Source: Christensenellaceae bacterium (GTDB taxonomy: Bacteria > Bacillota > Clostridia > Christensenellales > CAG-138). Taken from it: a stretch of 64,000 bases of DNA. The notes beneath the pieces are model-generated. The model saw nothing but the letters and a program-made list of their open reading frames with translations, ran no database searches and was not told the origin of the DNA. The position numbers were made by a program, and so were the translations under genes. Positions 16,189-26,646 of this stretch are shown in pieces. The DNA is taken from positions 733,001 to 797,000 of the forward strand of contig CAXXUL010000001.1 of NCBI GenBank assembly GCA_963665375.2, in the 5' to 3' direction. Position 1 is the first letter of the stretch, and every line of letters begins with the position of its first letter.

Positions 16189-18402
16189 TTAGCTGATCTT
16201 CACGCCCCAAATCTTCATGCCGCGCGTACCAAACACGATCATTTTGCCATATGCGGCGGGGCTTGCTTCAATATTCTTCTCCGCGTTAAATGTGTTCAAC
16301 AGCGTACCGGTCTTTCCATCCAGCAAAAACACCTTGCCGCCTGTGTCACTGCCTTCGCAAACAACGATATAAGCGTTTCCGTTTGCGTCGTATACCGCAA
16401 TGGGCGAGCTCCAGGTGTATTTTTCCATTTTGTACGTCCAGCGCACCGCACCTGTCGCTTTATCCAGCGCCAGCAGCACGCCGTCATTCTCATTCGGTGT
16501 TCTGGAGAAGGGAATGATCACGAGGTCGGAGATACTCTTTTCCCCGAGCAGTGCGGTTGCCTGTACACCGCCGGAAACGTGATTCTTGGTGTTCACGTTC
16601 TCGGTATGTTTCCATACGACTTCACCCGTGATCGCGTTGACTTTATAGAAGGAGACGCTCCCTTTCATTTCGGCGTCCGCCGTGAAGTGCAGCGAAGAGC
16701 CGATATAGACATATGCTGTACGGTTAGCGAAATCCGTCTCTAAAACGGGAGATCCGTTGGTATCGTCCTGTGTATCCTGCGCCCAAACGAGAGACATCGT
16801 ATTGAGGTTGATGCATTGCAGGAATCCATCGTTCGTGCCGAGATAGCCGAATTCGCCGAGGGTGGCGATGCTTGTCTCATATCCCAGCCAATACTTGTTG
16901 CTCGCCGTATTGGTGCTGTCGGGATAGGTCGATCTGGTTCCGACATAGCGCATCTTGACCACGTCGCTTGGGTTCATGCTCAGTTGTCCTGTTGCTTCAT
17001 CAAACACGGTGTTGAGCTTGATCGTATAGAGAATACCGTTTTCGCCGGGGTAAATCAGCGTGTCGGTCTCTGCGTCCACCAGCGGTGCGCTGTCATAAGC
17101 ATGCCAATCGCGCAGCGCGAACTCGTCATTCTGCTTGCCGAATTCATACAGTCGCGTAAAATCGATCAGCGAATATGCCATCGCGCGGGACTTCATCTCG
17201 TCGGAGGTGTACATGTCTCCCGACCCGAGATAGAGAATCGGATACCCGCGCGGGTCAAGTGAACCCGCTCCTTTAAACGGCATGCCGATGTTCAGTTTGT
17301 CGCGCGTTTGCTCGCCCGTTTCCAAATCGAGGAAGTAGACGTTGCCGTCCATCGTCGCGAGGATTACTTCGACAAGGCCTTCTTTTTGCTTTGCCGATTC
17401 GTACATATTCATCAATTGCTTGATGTTGTCCGGCCATTTTACGATGAGCGGCTGCCCGACCCAGCCGCTGCCAGTCCAGGTTGCCTCCGTTGGCCCGCCG
17501 ATGTCGCTGCGCGGCAGTTCGCCCGTGTCGATCTCCCAGACTTTTGAGAGTCTCTTTTGGCTGACGTCCGCCGTGCCGTAGACCGCACTGTCTCGGTGAT
17601 TGTTTCCGCGGAATGTGACAACGCCTGTCACGTCGCTGTACGGCTCATCCGGCAAAAACTCAATCTTTTCGGCTCGCTCAAAGGAGTCGACCCTGTTGCC
17701 GTCTACCTCTACCGCGCTCGTGAGTCCATAAACGCTCGGTTGTGTGCTGTCCACCGCGTGAGGAATGTCATAGGGCGGTGTTGGCGAAGGCGTCGGCGTT
17801 GGTGTCGGCGTTGGCGTGGGAGACGGCGTCGGCGTCTTAAACAGTTCCGCAAACAGGCCCGGGTTTTTACTCGCCTGTGCTTCCTGTGGATTGCTGGAAT
17901 AATCCAGCGCCTTGACGCCGACAACGATCATCGCGATGACGACGATTATGATCGAGAGAATGAAAAATGCTCTCGGTTGAATGCGGATACGCTTCTTCTT
18001 TTTCTTTTTCTTGCGCGGTCCGCCATACGACCCGCCGGAAGAACCATATCCCCTGCTACCGCCGGAACCGGATGAAGAGGTGGATCGCGTATGACCGTAT
18101 TCACCGCCGCCGGAAGAACTCCGGCTGCTGGAAGCCGGTCTGCTCGTTGTACCCTGCTGCCGATCATATCCGCCGTACTGCCCGCCTGACGAGCCGGCGC
18201 GGGTGCCGGAAGAACTCGTGCGATCATATCCGGCATATGATCCGCGGCTGTTCTGTGTCCCGTTGTCCTCATAACCACGCCCGGAGGAGGAAGGACTCCG
18301 CCCCGCGCCGGAAGATGTGCCGCCAGAGCCGGACCCGCTTCTGGGTTGGCTCGTGCTGCGCCTCTCGCTGCCCGGGTAATCTTTGAATCGGTCGTTGTCC
18401 AT
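16189..18402 (-). CDS. membrane-anchored PQQ-like beta-propeller repeat protein with a long S/G/R/Y-rich disordered cytoplasmic tail
   Basis: About 150 aa of low-complexity N-terminus, then K7 plus TM, a (PT)n linker, and a propeller homologous to 14274-16154 (MDGNVYFLDLETG). The start at 18402 has a GAGGAGG RBS. Confidence 0.8.
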   Translation of the reverse strand: MDNDRFKDYPGSERRSTSQPRSGSGSGGTSSGAGRSPSSSGRGYEDNGTQNSRGSYAGYDRTSSSGTRAGSSGGQYGGYDRQQGTTSRPASSSRSSSGGGEYGHTRSTSSSGSGGSRGYGSSGGSYGGPRKKKKKKKRIRIQPRAFFILSIIIVVIAMIVVGVKALDYSSNPQEAQASKNPGLFAELFKTPTPSPTPTPTPTPTPSPTPPYDIPHAVDSTQPSVYGLTSAVEVDGNRVDSFERAEKIEFLPDEPYSDVTGVVTFRGNNHRDSAVYGTADVSQKRLSKVWEIDTGELPRSDIGGPTEATWTGSGWVGQPLIVKWPDNIKQLMNMYESAKQKEGLVEVILATMDGNVYFLDLETGEQTRDKLNIGMPFKGAGSLDPRGYPILYLGSGDMYTSDEMKSRAMAYSLIDFTRLYEFGKQNDEFALRDWHAYDSAPLVDAETDTLIYPGENGILYTIKLNTVFDEATGQLSMNPSDVVKMRYVGTRSTYPDSTNTASNKYWLGYETSIATLGEFGYLGTNDGFLQCINLNTMSLVWAQDTQDDTNGSPVLETDFANRTAYVYIGSSLHFTADAEMKGSVSFYKVNAITGEVVWKHTENVNTKNHVSGGVQATALLGEKSISDLVIIPFSRTPNENDGVLLALDKATGAVRWTYKMEKYTWSSPIAVYDANGNAYIVVCEGSDTGGKVFLLDGKTGTLLNTFNAEKNIEASPAAYGKMIVFGTRGMKIWGVKIS

Positions 18403-18611
18403 GTTCGTTTCCTCCTCTTGGGAAAGGGCGCACTTCACCCTTTAAGAAATGTAAATCTAAATTATTATAGCACCCAAGTCAGGGTATTTTGTTGTTATAT
18501 TGTAAACAGTTCACCCTTTCGCCACAAAATATGGTGATATTTGCGATCTGAAAAACCACTTTTCGCGAGAGTTGAACCTTCATACGATGCATACTCATCA
18601 ACGAAAATCTG

Positions 18612-18645
18612 AGAAAAAAGGACGCCGCGGGCAACGGCATCCTTT
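18612..18645 (-). terminator. rho-independent terminator after the DUF1002 gene
   Basis: AAGGATGCCG...CGGCGTCCTT hairpin followed by T6 on the minus strand. Confidence 0.6.
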
Positions 18646-18677
18646 GTATTTTGCCCGAATCGGGCACATGATGATCC

Positions 18678-19556
18678 TTATTCTTTCTCTCCGCTAAATA
18701 CGCCGGAGAAGAAATTCCCGACCGCAGAGAAGAAACCTTTAACGTCGTCAAAAACCTTGCTCGTCACTTCGCCTACCTTGTTCGCTGTCTGCGCGGCTTT
18801 CGCAATGCCAACCAATTGCTCTTGCAGTTGATCCGCATCCAAGCCCTCGAGTTTGCGAACGAGCGAGAGGACCTGCTCCAACTGCGCGTTGGTCAGAGAG
18901 ACGTTATAAAGCTGTGCAAGGTTCTTGATTTCGACGCGTACTTCGTCGTCCGTCATCCCCTGCGTCTTGTCGAGCATGCTCTTGAGCTCGTTGATCATCT
19001 GCGTTGCGTCGTCGCTGCCGATATACTCCGCCAGCTCGCCGGTTACGACCAACTCTTCCGCTCCTGCGGCTTTGGCAAGACTCGAGAGCGAGTTGCCCGT
19101 GATGTCTTCATACGCTTTATAAGCGCCCGTCAGTGCGCCCGTGCCGGAGACCGGGAAAGGTGCGCTTACGACCACCTGCGCGTCGGCAATCCCTGCCGTC
19201 GTGAGGGCGTTGATGTACATATCCTCCGTGCAGTAATTGATGTTGTGAATTTCAACAGTCATGCCGGAGCCTGCCGGAAGTGTTTTGATATAGATGCAGG
19301 AGAGCGCGACGCTGCCGATCTTGCCATCGGGTACGAGGCCTTCCAGATAGCTGCGTTCTTCATCATTGGTAACGCTCAACTCGGTGACTGTGCCTTCTTC
19401 GATGCCGAAGTCTGCGTAGACCGCGGCGCGCTGCCGATCCGTCAAATCCGCACCCATCGTGACGCGCTCTTCTCCGTCTTCATCCGCAAGCGCCACCGGG
19501 GTAAAGAGCGTAAAGCCAACGGCGAGCGCAAGCACAGCCGATATGATTTTTTTCAT
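18678..19556 (-). CDS. DUF1002 (YpuA-like) secreted protein
   Basis: Signal peptide MKKIISAVLALAVGFTLFTPVALA. The mature part (GADLTDRQRAAVYADFGI...) resembles DUF1002. The start at 19556 has an AAGGAGGG RBS. Confidence 0.75.
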   Translation of the reverse strand: MKKIISAVLALAVGFTLFTPVALADEDGEERVTMGADLTDRQRAAVYADFGIEEGTVTELSVTNDEERSYLEGLVPDGKIGSVALSCIYIKTLPAGSGMTVEIHNINYCTEDMYINALTTAGIADAQVVVSAPFPVSGTGALTGAYKAYEDITGNSLSSLAKAAGAEELVVTGELAEYIGSDDATQMINELKSMLDKTQGMTDDEVRVEIKNLAQLYNVSLTNAQLEQVLSLVRKLEGLDADQLQEQLVGIAKAAQTANKVGEVTSKVFDDVKGFFSAVGNFFSGVFSGEKE

Positions 19557-19835
19557 AGGACATCCCTCCTTCACGTAACGCGGCAAGTATAGCACACGCC
19601 CTTCCCCGCGTCGATGCAATTCAGGCAATCTTTTCCTAATTGTCATGTTCTGTTTTTATTTTTCACAAAGCAACAATCGTTCGCTTTTTTCGTACCGTTT
19701 GGCATTGTTTGTCACTTGAAATGTTTTGTCGCAGCAAAACAAAAGCACCGTAACATAAAGAAAAACAAAAGGTACATATGCATTAAAAAGAAGAGCCTGA
19801 CTTGAAAGTCGAGCTCGCTTTGCATGTTGATTGAT

Positions 19836-20372
19836 TTACGATGATTTCTTCCGTGTGACTTCTTTGATTTTGTTCTTTTTCAGCATCGCCAATAAAAACT
19901 CCACGTTGGCTACCTTTTGATCAACATAAAAAATGTTATTTTTGGTCTTGATCTTGATGAGGTTTTCTCTGTTATGATACTCAACGATGTCTTCGTAAAA
20001 CATTCTGTATTTCCTTCCAAAGGAAGATACAAAATCATAGTAAGGATCATTTTTATGGATGTAAATTCTCCAAAGGTACGACTCGAGGATCAAGTATAGT
20101 CCCAGCAATACAAACATCCCGAAAACAGAATACACCCAAGGCTCAGCGGTACCGTTCGGGAATACCGTCATCAGTATGATGAAACCGGAAAAAACCGCCG
20201 TGCAAGCAAACCCGACCTACCGATAAAAACGCGGGTAATGAATGATCACATGCTCTTCTTTGAGGTTTTGGATCAGCTCTTCTCTGTTTTCTTTGATGAT
20301 TTGTCTGAGAAGAAAACTCAGCATAAGCGCGATGAGAGCATATGTGATCATTATTGTGAGTGCTTGACTCAT
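19836..20372 (-). pseudogene. membrane protein gene interrupted by an in-frame TAG (20217-20219)
   Basis: The ATG at 20372 opens MSQALTIMITYALIALMLSF...HYPRFYR. Then comes TAG, and the same frame continues VGFACTAVFSGFIILMTVFPNG... to the stop at 19836. The gene lies in a small AT-rich islet. Confidence 0.55.
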
Positions 20373-20477
20373 CGTTGGTTTCCCATTTTTTCTCTAAAGA
20401 TTAGAAAATAGCATCATGAATATACAAGAAACGGGTTATCCTAAAATAACCCGTTCAAAAAGCCCAAATTACAGCAA

Positions 20478-20915
20478 TTAACCTTGCGCGCTTTCTTCCG
20501 GTTTCACGGCTGGTCGTCTCATATAGAGATTCGGATCGACAGGCACAAACCCGAATTTTGCATATAGCCCGTGCGCATCGCGCGTGGCGAGGGTTCCGGT
20601 TAAACCTTGCAGCTGTTCATGTGAGAGGATAAACGGAACCAGCTCTTTGCCGAGTCCCCGACCGCGATGCCGCTCGTCAATGATCACATCCACGAGCAAA
20701 AACGTCGTCGCATAATCCGTTACGCACCGCGCAAAGCCGACCTGCAAGCCATCGATATAGACACCGAAGCAGAGGGAGTTTTCAATTGCGCGCGCGATGG
20801 TCTCGCGCGATCTCTCCTTTGCCCAGTAAGTGCCGTGCAGCAATTCATAGATGCGCTCTAGCTGAAGCAGGTTTTTGTCGTCGCTGATGAGAAATCGGTC
20901 AAATTGTCGTTCCAC
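20478..20915 (-). CDS. GNAT family N-acetyltransferase
   Basis: Acetyl-CoA motif ERHRGRGLGKELVPFI. It has a GTG start with an AGGAAG RBS. Confidence 0.8.
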   Translation of the reverse strand: MERQFDRFLISDDKNLLQLERIYELLHGTYWAKERSRETIARAIENSLCFGVYIDGLQVGFARCVTDYATTFLLVDVIIDERHRGRGLGKELVPFILSHEQLQGLTGTLATRDAHGLYAKFGFVPVDPNLYMRRPAVKPEESAQG

Positions 20916-20934
20916 GGTCTAGTCTTCCTGTTGA

Positions 20935-21501
20935 TTAATTTATTCGAGAATTGGTTTTTTCGTTACAGAGCTGCGCGACCTGATCGATAATCCGCGCGGT
21001 TCGCTCCGCATCCAAGTCGTCCTTGAGGCTGTGGTTTACGCCCTCGATTAAAAAGTAGGGAATATTCCGCTCCTCACAAAATGCGCCAAGGGCTTTTCCC
21101 GTCAAGAACCGGTCCTGCGTGCCGAGTACCATCGAGATCACGCGCGATTCCGGCCCGACCAGGGAGAGCGTTTTGTTCAGCGGAGTAAGATACAGGTGCC
21201 GCGGACGAAGCGCATAATCCCGCTCATAGTGCGCGGCCAATATGGTGCCGAGGCTCTTGGAGAGAAACACGACGTCCTCATAATCCGCAAACGTCACGCC
21301 TCCAAGTTGCCGCTTCACCGCGCGCTGAGCGATGGCAATCGCCTCTTCCAGCGATTCAATTTCCCGAAACGGAATATGGGAAAAGTCGAGTTTCATCACA
21401 TCGTATCCGCGCGCGGAATAATCTCTCGCCAGGCGTTCAAAGAGCGCCTCTTTGCAGGTAAACCCCGTGCCGGGAAAGCAGACGGCAATCCCCGTTTTCA
21501 T
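20935..21501 (-). CDS. alpha/beta hydrolase family protein
   Basis: 188 aa with a nucleophile-elbow-like LSKSLG and C-terminal His (NHSL). It has a Rossmann-like N-terminus CFPGTG. Confidence 0.6.
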   Translation of the reverse strand: MKTGIAVCFPGTGFTCKEALFERLARDYSARGYDVMKLDFSHIPFREIESLEEAIAIAQRAVKRQLGGVTFADYEDVVFLSKSLGTILAAHYERDYALRPRHLYLTPLNKTLSLVGPESRVISMVLGTQDRFLTGKALGAFCEERNIPYFLIEGVNHSLKDDLDAERTARIIDQVAQLCNEKTNSRIN

Positions 21502-21778
21502 GTTTCGCTCCCCTTCTTTTTGCCCCTGTTGTTCAATTCCCTTTCACGAATCTGATTTTCTATTTGATAAAATGTACTTTCTTCGAGTGTATCATGCAAA
21601 TAGCGCGCGCGCAAGAGTGCGCGGTTTCTGTATCACCAATCGCAAGTAAACAAGTTGTAACAATGCGGATACGGTGCGATAAATCAGTCTTTTTTACTGA
21701 GGGCTTCCCCTTCGTCAGATGGACGGTTTCCGGTGGTGTTTTTATGTTGTTTTCCGCGGAGAAAAAACAGAAAATACA

Positions 21779-21807
21779 TTGACATTTCGGGTGCGATTTG
21801 GTTTAAT
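21779..21807 (+). promoter_or_regulatory. sigma-A-type promoter candidate for the XRE-cupin regulator/pot operon
   Basis: TTGACA, 17 nt, TTTAAT. It is followed by a GTTTA-N7-TAAAC inverted repeat. Confidence 0.45.
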
Positions 21808-21853
21808 TCCGTTTAGTGACTGTAAACTTGAAGTTTAGAGGTGGTAGACTGAT

Positions 21854-22390
21854 ATGGAGATCGGCGTCAAGATCAAGCAGCTTCGTCTGCAGCGCGGTTT
21901 GACGCAGGAGGAGCTCGCCGCCCGCACGGAGTTGACAAAGGGTTTCATCTCCCAGCTTGAGCGCGACTTAACCTCCCCCTCAATCGCTACCCTCGTGGAC
22001 ATCCTCGCGGCGCTCGGCACCGACATTGCGGGCTTTTTTCGCGAGTCGCAGGAGGAGCAGGTCGTCTACAGCACGGAAGAGATGTTTGTGAAGGAAGAGG
22101 CCGACGGTTCCACTATTCAGTGGCTGGTCACAAACGCGCAAAAGAACGCGCTGGAACCGATCCTCGTCACGATCCCCGCAGGGCTTAGCCTCGCGGAAGA
22201 CGACCCGCACGAGGGCGAAGAGTTTGGCTACGTACTCAGCGGCAGCGTAACGCTCGTGCTCGGCACGAAGCGATATCGCGTGAAAAAGGGCGGCAGTTTC
22301 TATTTTCGCCCGACGCGCGTGCATTATTTGATCAACAGCGGAAAGACCGAATCTCGCGTACTCTGGGTGAGCACTCCGCCGAGTTTTTAA
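21854..22390 (+). CDS. XRE-family HTH + cupin domain transcriptional regulator (PuuR-like)
   Basis: The N-terminal HTH is [22 protein letters not shown]. The C-terminal cupin part is [14 protein letters not shown]. It lies immediately upstream of potABCD. Confidence 0.8.
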   Translation: MEIGVKIKQLRLQRGLTQEELAARTELTKGFISQLERDLTSPSIATLVDILAALGTDIAGFFRESQEEQVVYSTEEMFVKEEADGSTIQWLVTNAQKNALEPILVTIPAGLSLAEDDPHEGEEFGYVLSGSVTLVLGTKRYRVKKGGSFYFRPTRVHYLINSGKTESRVLWVSTPPSF

Positions 22391-22455
22391 AGAAAACACT
22401 CCATCGGTGCATGCTTTTTTGTGTGTCGAATCGCATTTTTGAAGGAGAACCGGTA

Positions 22456-23835
22456 ATGAAGGACAAGCATCTGATCGAACTCATCGACGTATCCAAAGCG
22501 TACGGCGGCGACGTCGCGCTTTCGCATGTCGATCTCTATATTAAGGACGGTGAATTTCTCACACTCCTCGGTCCGTCCGGCTGCGGAAAAACGACCATGC
22601 TCCGCCTGATCGCGGGATTCATCATGCCGGATGAAGGCAGAATCGAGATGGACGGCGTGGATATCGCAAACACACCGCCTTATCTGCGCAAGGTCAACAC
22701 GGTATTTCAAAAGTATGCTTTGTTTCCGCACCTGAATGTTGCGGACAACATCGCGTTCGGACTAAAACTGCGCAACGTCGACAAAGCGGTCATCAAAGAA
22801 AAAGTGGAAGCCATGCTGGAGCTCGTGAACCTCAAAGGCTACGGCACGCGCTATATCGAGCAGCTCTCCGGCGGGCAGCAGCAGCGCGTCGCCATCGCCC
22901 GCGCGCTGATCAACGAGCCGCAGGTGCTTTTGCTCGACGAACCGCTTGGCGCGCTTGACCTCAAGCTTCGCAAGGAGATGCAGGTAGAGCTCAAGAACAT
23001 GCAACAGCGCCTGGGTATTACGTTTATCTACGTCACCCATGATCAGGAAGAAGCACTGACCATGAGCGACACCATCGTCGTGCTCAAGGACGGCGTGATC
23101 CAGCAGATCGGAACACCTACGGATATTTACAACGAACCGAAAAATCCGTTTGTCGCGGACTTTATCGGGGAGAGCAACATCATACCCGGCATCATGCTGC
23201 AGGATTTAAAGGTGCGCATGAACGGCGTGGTCTACGACTGCGTCGATAAAGGCTTCGGCAAAAATACCGAGGTAGATGTGGTCGTGCGTCCCGAAGACAT
23301 CGATATCGTGCCTGCGGAAGGCGCGCGTGTGGTCGGCAAAGCCGTCTCCATCGTGTTCATGGGCGTGCATTACGAGGTCGACGTGGACTGCGGCGGATAC
23401 GAGTGGGTTATTCAGACCACGGATTACGTCGAGCGCGGGCAGGTGGTCGGCATCTCAATTCCGCCGGATGCGATTCATATTATGAAGAAAACGCAGCAGA
23501 CTAATCTCTTCGACGCTGTGGCATATCCCGATGATGGCGAAGTGGAGATCCTTGATCACCGGTTCGCCTGTAAAGGACTGGAATCGTTTGAAACCAAGGG
23601 CGACGTGCTTGTGGCGATTGCGCCGGCGGATGTTCAGCTCATTCCCCCGCAGGAAAGCGAGCTGACCGGCGTGGTGCGCGCCTGTATGTTCCTCGGCACC
23701 CATTATGAAGTGACCATCGGCTGCGGCGAGGAGGATTGGATCGCCTACTCCGCGGAGTATATGGAATCCGGTGAAGAAATCGGCATCCATGTGGCCGCAG
23801 ATAAGATCGCGGTGAGCGCAAATGAAACAAACTAA
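22456..23835 (+). CDS. potA: spermidine/putrescine ABC transporter ATP-binding protein with duplicated C-terminal TOBE-like domain
   Basis: Walker A is GPSGCGKTT, the signature is LSGGQQQRV and Walker B is LLLDEP. The ATG at 22456 has a GAAGGAG RBS. At 459 aa it is longer than typical PotA. Confidence 0.9.
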   Translation: MKDKHLIELIDVSKAYGGDVALSHVDLYIKDGEFLTLLGPSGCGKTTMLRLIAGFIMPDEGRIEMDGVDIANTPPYLRKVNTVFQKYALFPHLNVADNIAFGLKLRNVDKAVIKEKVEAMLELVNLKGYGTRYIEQLSGGQQQRVAIARALINEPQVLLLDEPLGALDLKLRKEMQVELKNMQQRLGITFIYVTHDQEEALTMSDTIVVLKDGVIQQIGTPTDIYNEPKNPFVADFIGESNIIPGIMLQDLKVRMNGVVYDCVDKGFGKNTEVDVVVRPEDIDIVPAEGARVVGKAVSIVFMGVHYEVDVDCGGYEWVIQTTDYVERGQVVGISIPPDAIHIMKKTQQTNLFDAVAYPDDGEVEILDHRFACKGLESFETKGDVLVAIAPADVQLIPPQESELTGVVRACMFLGTHYEVTIGCGEEDWIAYSAEYMESGEEIGIHVAADKIAVSANETN

Positions 23836-24649
23836 CACGCAAAAGCAGAAAACTGCAAAGGGTATGCGCATGCGCAGAAGCGTGTTTGCCTATCCGTATA
23901 TCATCTGGATGGCGGTGTTTATCGTTGCTCCGATGCTGCTCATCCTGTACTATGCGTTTACCAGCGACGGCGGGTTCACGCTGGAAAACATCGTGCAGGC
24001 CGCGAGTTGGGATAACCTCAGGGTGCTGGCGGACTCGGTTCGCTTCGCGGTTTATACCACGCTGCTGTGTCTGCTGCTCGGTTTCCCGGTCGCCTATCTT
24101 TTATCAAAGATGAAGAAGACCACCGCGGCCCTGCTTTCGGTGTTTTTCATCGTGCCGATGTGGATGAACTTCCTGCTGCGCACCTACGCCTGGAAAGTAC
24201 TCCTCAGCGCGTTTACCAAGATGCTCTATACTGAGAGCGCGGTGCTCTTGGGCATGGTCTACAACTTTTTACCGTTTATGATTCTGCCGATCTATACGAC
24301 CTTGATCAAACTCGACAAGAGCTATATCGAGGCTGCGGCGGATCTCGGTGCGAACCCGACAAAGACGTTTCTCAGAGTGGTGCTGCCGCTCTCCATGCCG
24401 GGCGTGATCTCCGGCATCACGATGGTGTTTATCCCCAGCACGACGACGTTTGCCATCTCCCAACTGCTCGGCGGCGGCAAGACGATGCTCTACGGCGATC
24501 TCATCTATATGAAGTTCATCACAGAGCAATCCTGGAACACGGGCAGCGCGCTGTCCATCATTCTCCTCGTGTTCGTGCTGATCTCCATGACGTTTATGAA
24601 AAAAGCCGAGCGCAAAACCAGCGATGAAGGAGGCGGCAGGCTATGGTAA
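23822..24649 (+). CDS. potB: spermidine/putrescine ABC transporter permease
   Basis: Six TM segments, an EAA-loop-like [16 protein letters not shown], and position in the pot operon. Confidence 0.85.
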   Translation: MKQTNTQKQKTAKGMRMRRSVFAYPYIIWMAVFIVAPMLLILYYAFTSDGGFTLENIVQAASWDNLRVLADSVRFAVYTTLLCLLLGFPVAYLLSKMKKTTAALLSVFFIVPMWMNFLLRTYAWKVLLSAFTKMLYTESAVLLGMVYNFLPFMILPIYTTLIKLDKSYIEAAADLGANPTKTFLRVVLPLSMPGVISGITMVFIPSTTTFAISQLLGGGKTMLYGDLIYMKFITEQSWNTGSALSIILLVFVLISMTFMKKAERKTSDEGGGRLW

Positions 24650-25452
24650 ACCGCCTGAAAAAGTTTTTCTCCGGCACATATCTCGGGCTGATGCTCGTGT
24701 TTCTCTATGCGCCGATCCTGATTCTGATCGTCTTCTCGTTTAACCAGAGCAAGACGCTCGGCAACTGGACGGGATTTACTTTCGACTGGTATAAGCAGCT
24801 GTTCCGCACGCCGGAGATCACGGATGCGCTGGCAGTCACGCTCTCCGTCGCCGCGATCTCCTCCATCGTCTCCACCGTTCTCGGTACGATTGCGGCAATC
24901 GGCATCCACGCGATGAAGCGGCGCGATCGCCTGCTGCTGGAAAATATTTCGCAATTGCCGATGGTAAACCCCGATCTGGTAACAGGCATCTCGCTGATGC
25001 TGCTGTTCCTGTTTGTGGGGCTTCGAAACGGCTATGCGCGCCTGTTGATTGCGCACATCACCTTCAACCTGCCGTATGTCATCTTCTCCGTGTTGCCTAA
25101 GTTGCGGCAGAGTTCAGACATGCTCTACGAAGCGGCGCTGGACCTCGGTTGTACGCCGATGCAGGCGATTCAAAAAGTGGTGATCCCGGACATCATGCCG
25201 GGCATCATCTCCGGTCTCATCATGGCGTTCACGCTGTCGCTGGACGATTTCGTGATCAGCTTTTTTGCCGGAAACGGTGTAGATAACCTCTCGATGTATA
25301 TCTACGCTTCCGCACGCAGAGGCGTGAACCCTGCGCTCTCGACGATCATATTCGTGCCGGTGGTGACGCTGCTTCTCATCGTCAACCTCAAGAGCATCCG
25401 CGAGGAGAGAAACGCCGAGCTGCAGCAGAAGAAAGTCGGCATGAAGCGATAG
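24643..25452 (+). CDS. potC: spermidine/putrescine ABC transporter permease
   Basis: Six TM segments, an EAA-loop-like LYEAALDLGCTPMQA, and an overlap with the potB stop. Confidence 0.85.
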   Translation: MVNRLKKFFSGTYLGLMLVFLYAPILILIVFSFNQSKTLGNWTGFTFDWYKQLFRTPEITDALAVTLSVAAISSIVSTVLGTIAAIGIHAMKRRDRLLLENISQLPMVNPDLVTGISLMLLFLFVGLRNGYARLLIAHITFNLPYVIFSVLPKLRQSSDMLYEAALDLGCTPMQAIQKVVIPDIMPGIISGLIMAFTLSLDDFVISFFAGNGVDNLSMYIYASARRGVNPALSTIIFVPVVTLLLIVNLKSIREERNAELQQKKVGMKR

Positions 25453-25533
25453 TGAAATTGCGTCTTTTCCGGCATAGTTGGGAATGCGCTCTGAAATAGC
25501 ATATACTCTTACCATAATCAGGAGGAAACAAAC

Positions 25534-26580
25534 ATGAAAATCTGGAAAAAAATCATCTGCCTAGCGCTTGCCCTGGCGCTGGCGCTCTCCCTCGTCGCCT
25601 GCGGCGGCGGCAACGGCAAGGTCACGCTGAATGTGCTCAACTGGGGCGACTATATCGACCCCGAACTGCTGCGCCAGTTTGAGGATGAAACCGGCATCTC
25701 GGTCAAATACACGACCATGACCAGCAACGAAGAGATGCTCGTCAAGCTCGCCTCGGCGGACAACATCTACGACGTCTGCTTCCCTTCGGACTATCTGATT
25801 GAGAAGCTTGTTGCGGACGATCTCCTGTACCCAATCAACAAGGCGAACATCCCGAACCTCTCCAACATCGACCCGCGTTTCCTCGATCTTTCGTTTGATC
25901 CCGGCAACACGTACAGCGTGCCGTATATGTGGGGTACGGTCGGCATCCTGTATAACACCACGATGGTCACGGACCCCGTCGATAGCTGGAACATCCTCTG
26001 GGATGAGAAGTATGCGGGCCAGATTCTGATGTATGACAGCATGCGCGACACCATCGGCATCACACTCAAGAAACTGGGCCTCGACATCAACACCCGTAAC
26101 GAGGCGGACATCCTCGCCGCGCAGGAAGCGCTGATTGCGCAAAAGCCCCTCGTTCGCGCGTACCTCACCGACGATATCAAGATGGAGCTGATCAACGGCA
26201 GCGCGGCGATGGGCGTGGTCTATTCCGGCGACGCGGTCTACTGCATCTCCGAAAACCCCGACCTTGCCTATGTGGTGCCGAAAGAGGGTAGCAACGTCTG
26301 GTTTGACAACATCATCATTCCGAAAACCTCGAAGCACACGGCGGAAGCGGAGCAATTCATTAACTTCCTCTGCGATGCAAAGGTCGCGGCGCAGAACTCG
26401 GACTATATCGGTTTCTCCACCCCGAATGCCGCAGCACTCGCGCTGATGGATCCTTCTTATGCCGAGGACCCGACCTACAATCCCCCGCAGGATGTGCTGG
26501 ATCGCTGCCAGATCTTCCAGGATCTCGGCGACTTTGTCAAGGTCTTCTCGGACGCCTGGACGAAAGTCAAGGCCGCATAA
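25534..26580 (+). CDS. potD: spermidine/putrescine-binding lipoprotein
   Basis: Lipobox LSLVAC. The PotD-family pattern (LNVLNWGDYIDPEL...) is present, and there is an AGGAGG RBS. Confidence 0.85.
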   Translation: MKIWKKIICLALALALALSLVACGGGNGKVTLNVLNWGDYIDPELLRQFEDETGISVKYTTMTSNEEMLVKLASADNIYDVCFPSDYLIEKLVADDLLYPINKANIPNLSNIDPRFLDLSFDPGNTYSVPYMWGTVGILYNTTMVTDPVDSWNILWDEKYAGQILMYDSMRDTIGITLKKLGLDINTRNEADILAAQEALIAQKPLVRAYLTDDIKMELINGSAAMGVVYSGDAVYCISENPDLAYVVPKEGSNVWFDNIIIPKTSKHTAEAEQFINFLCDAKVAAQNSDYIGFSTPNAAALALMDPSYAEDPTYNPPQDVLDRCQIFQDLGDFVKVFSDAWTKVKAA

Positions 26581-26595
26581 CATGACTTGAAACAC

Positions 26596-26624
26596 AAAGA
26601 GCGGATCGAATGATCCGCTCTTTT
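26596..26624. terminator. bidirectional rho-independent terminator
   Basis: AAAGAGCGGATC-gaat-GATCCGCTCTTTT, between convergent genes. Confidence 0.8.
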
Positions 26625-26646
26625 GTAATGTGATTTGCTTCTCGCC

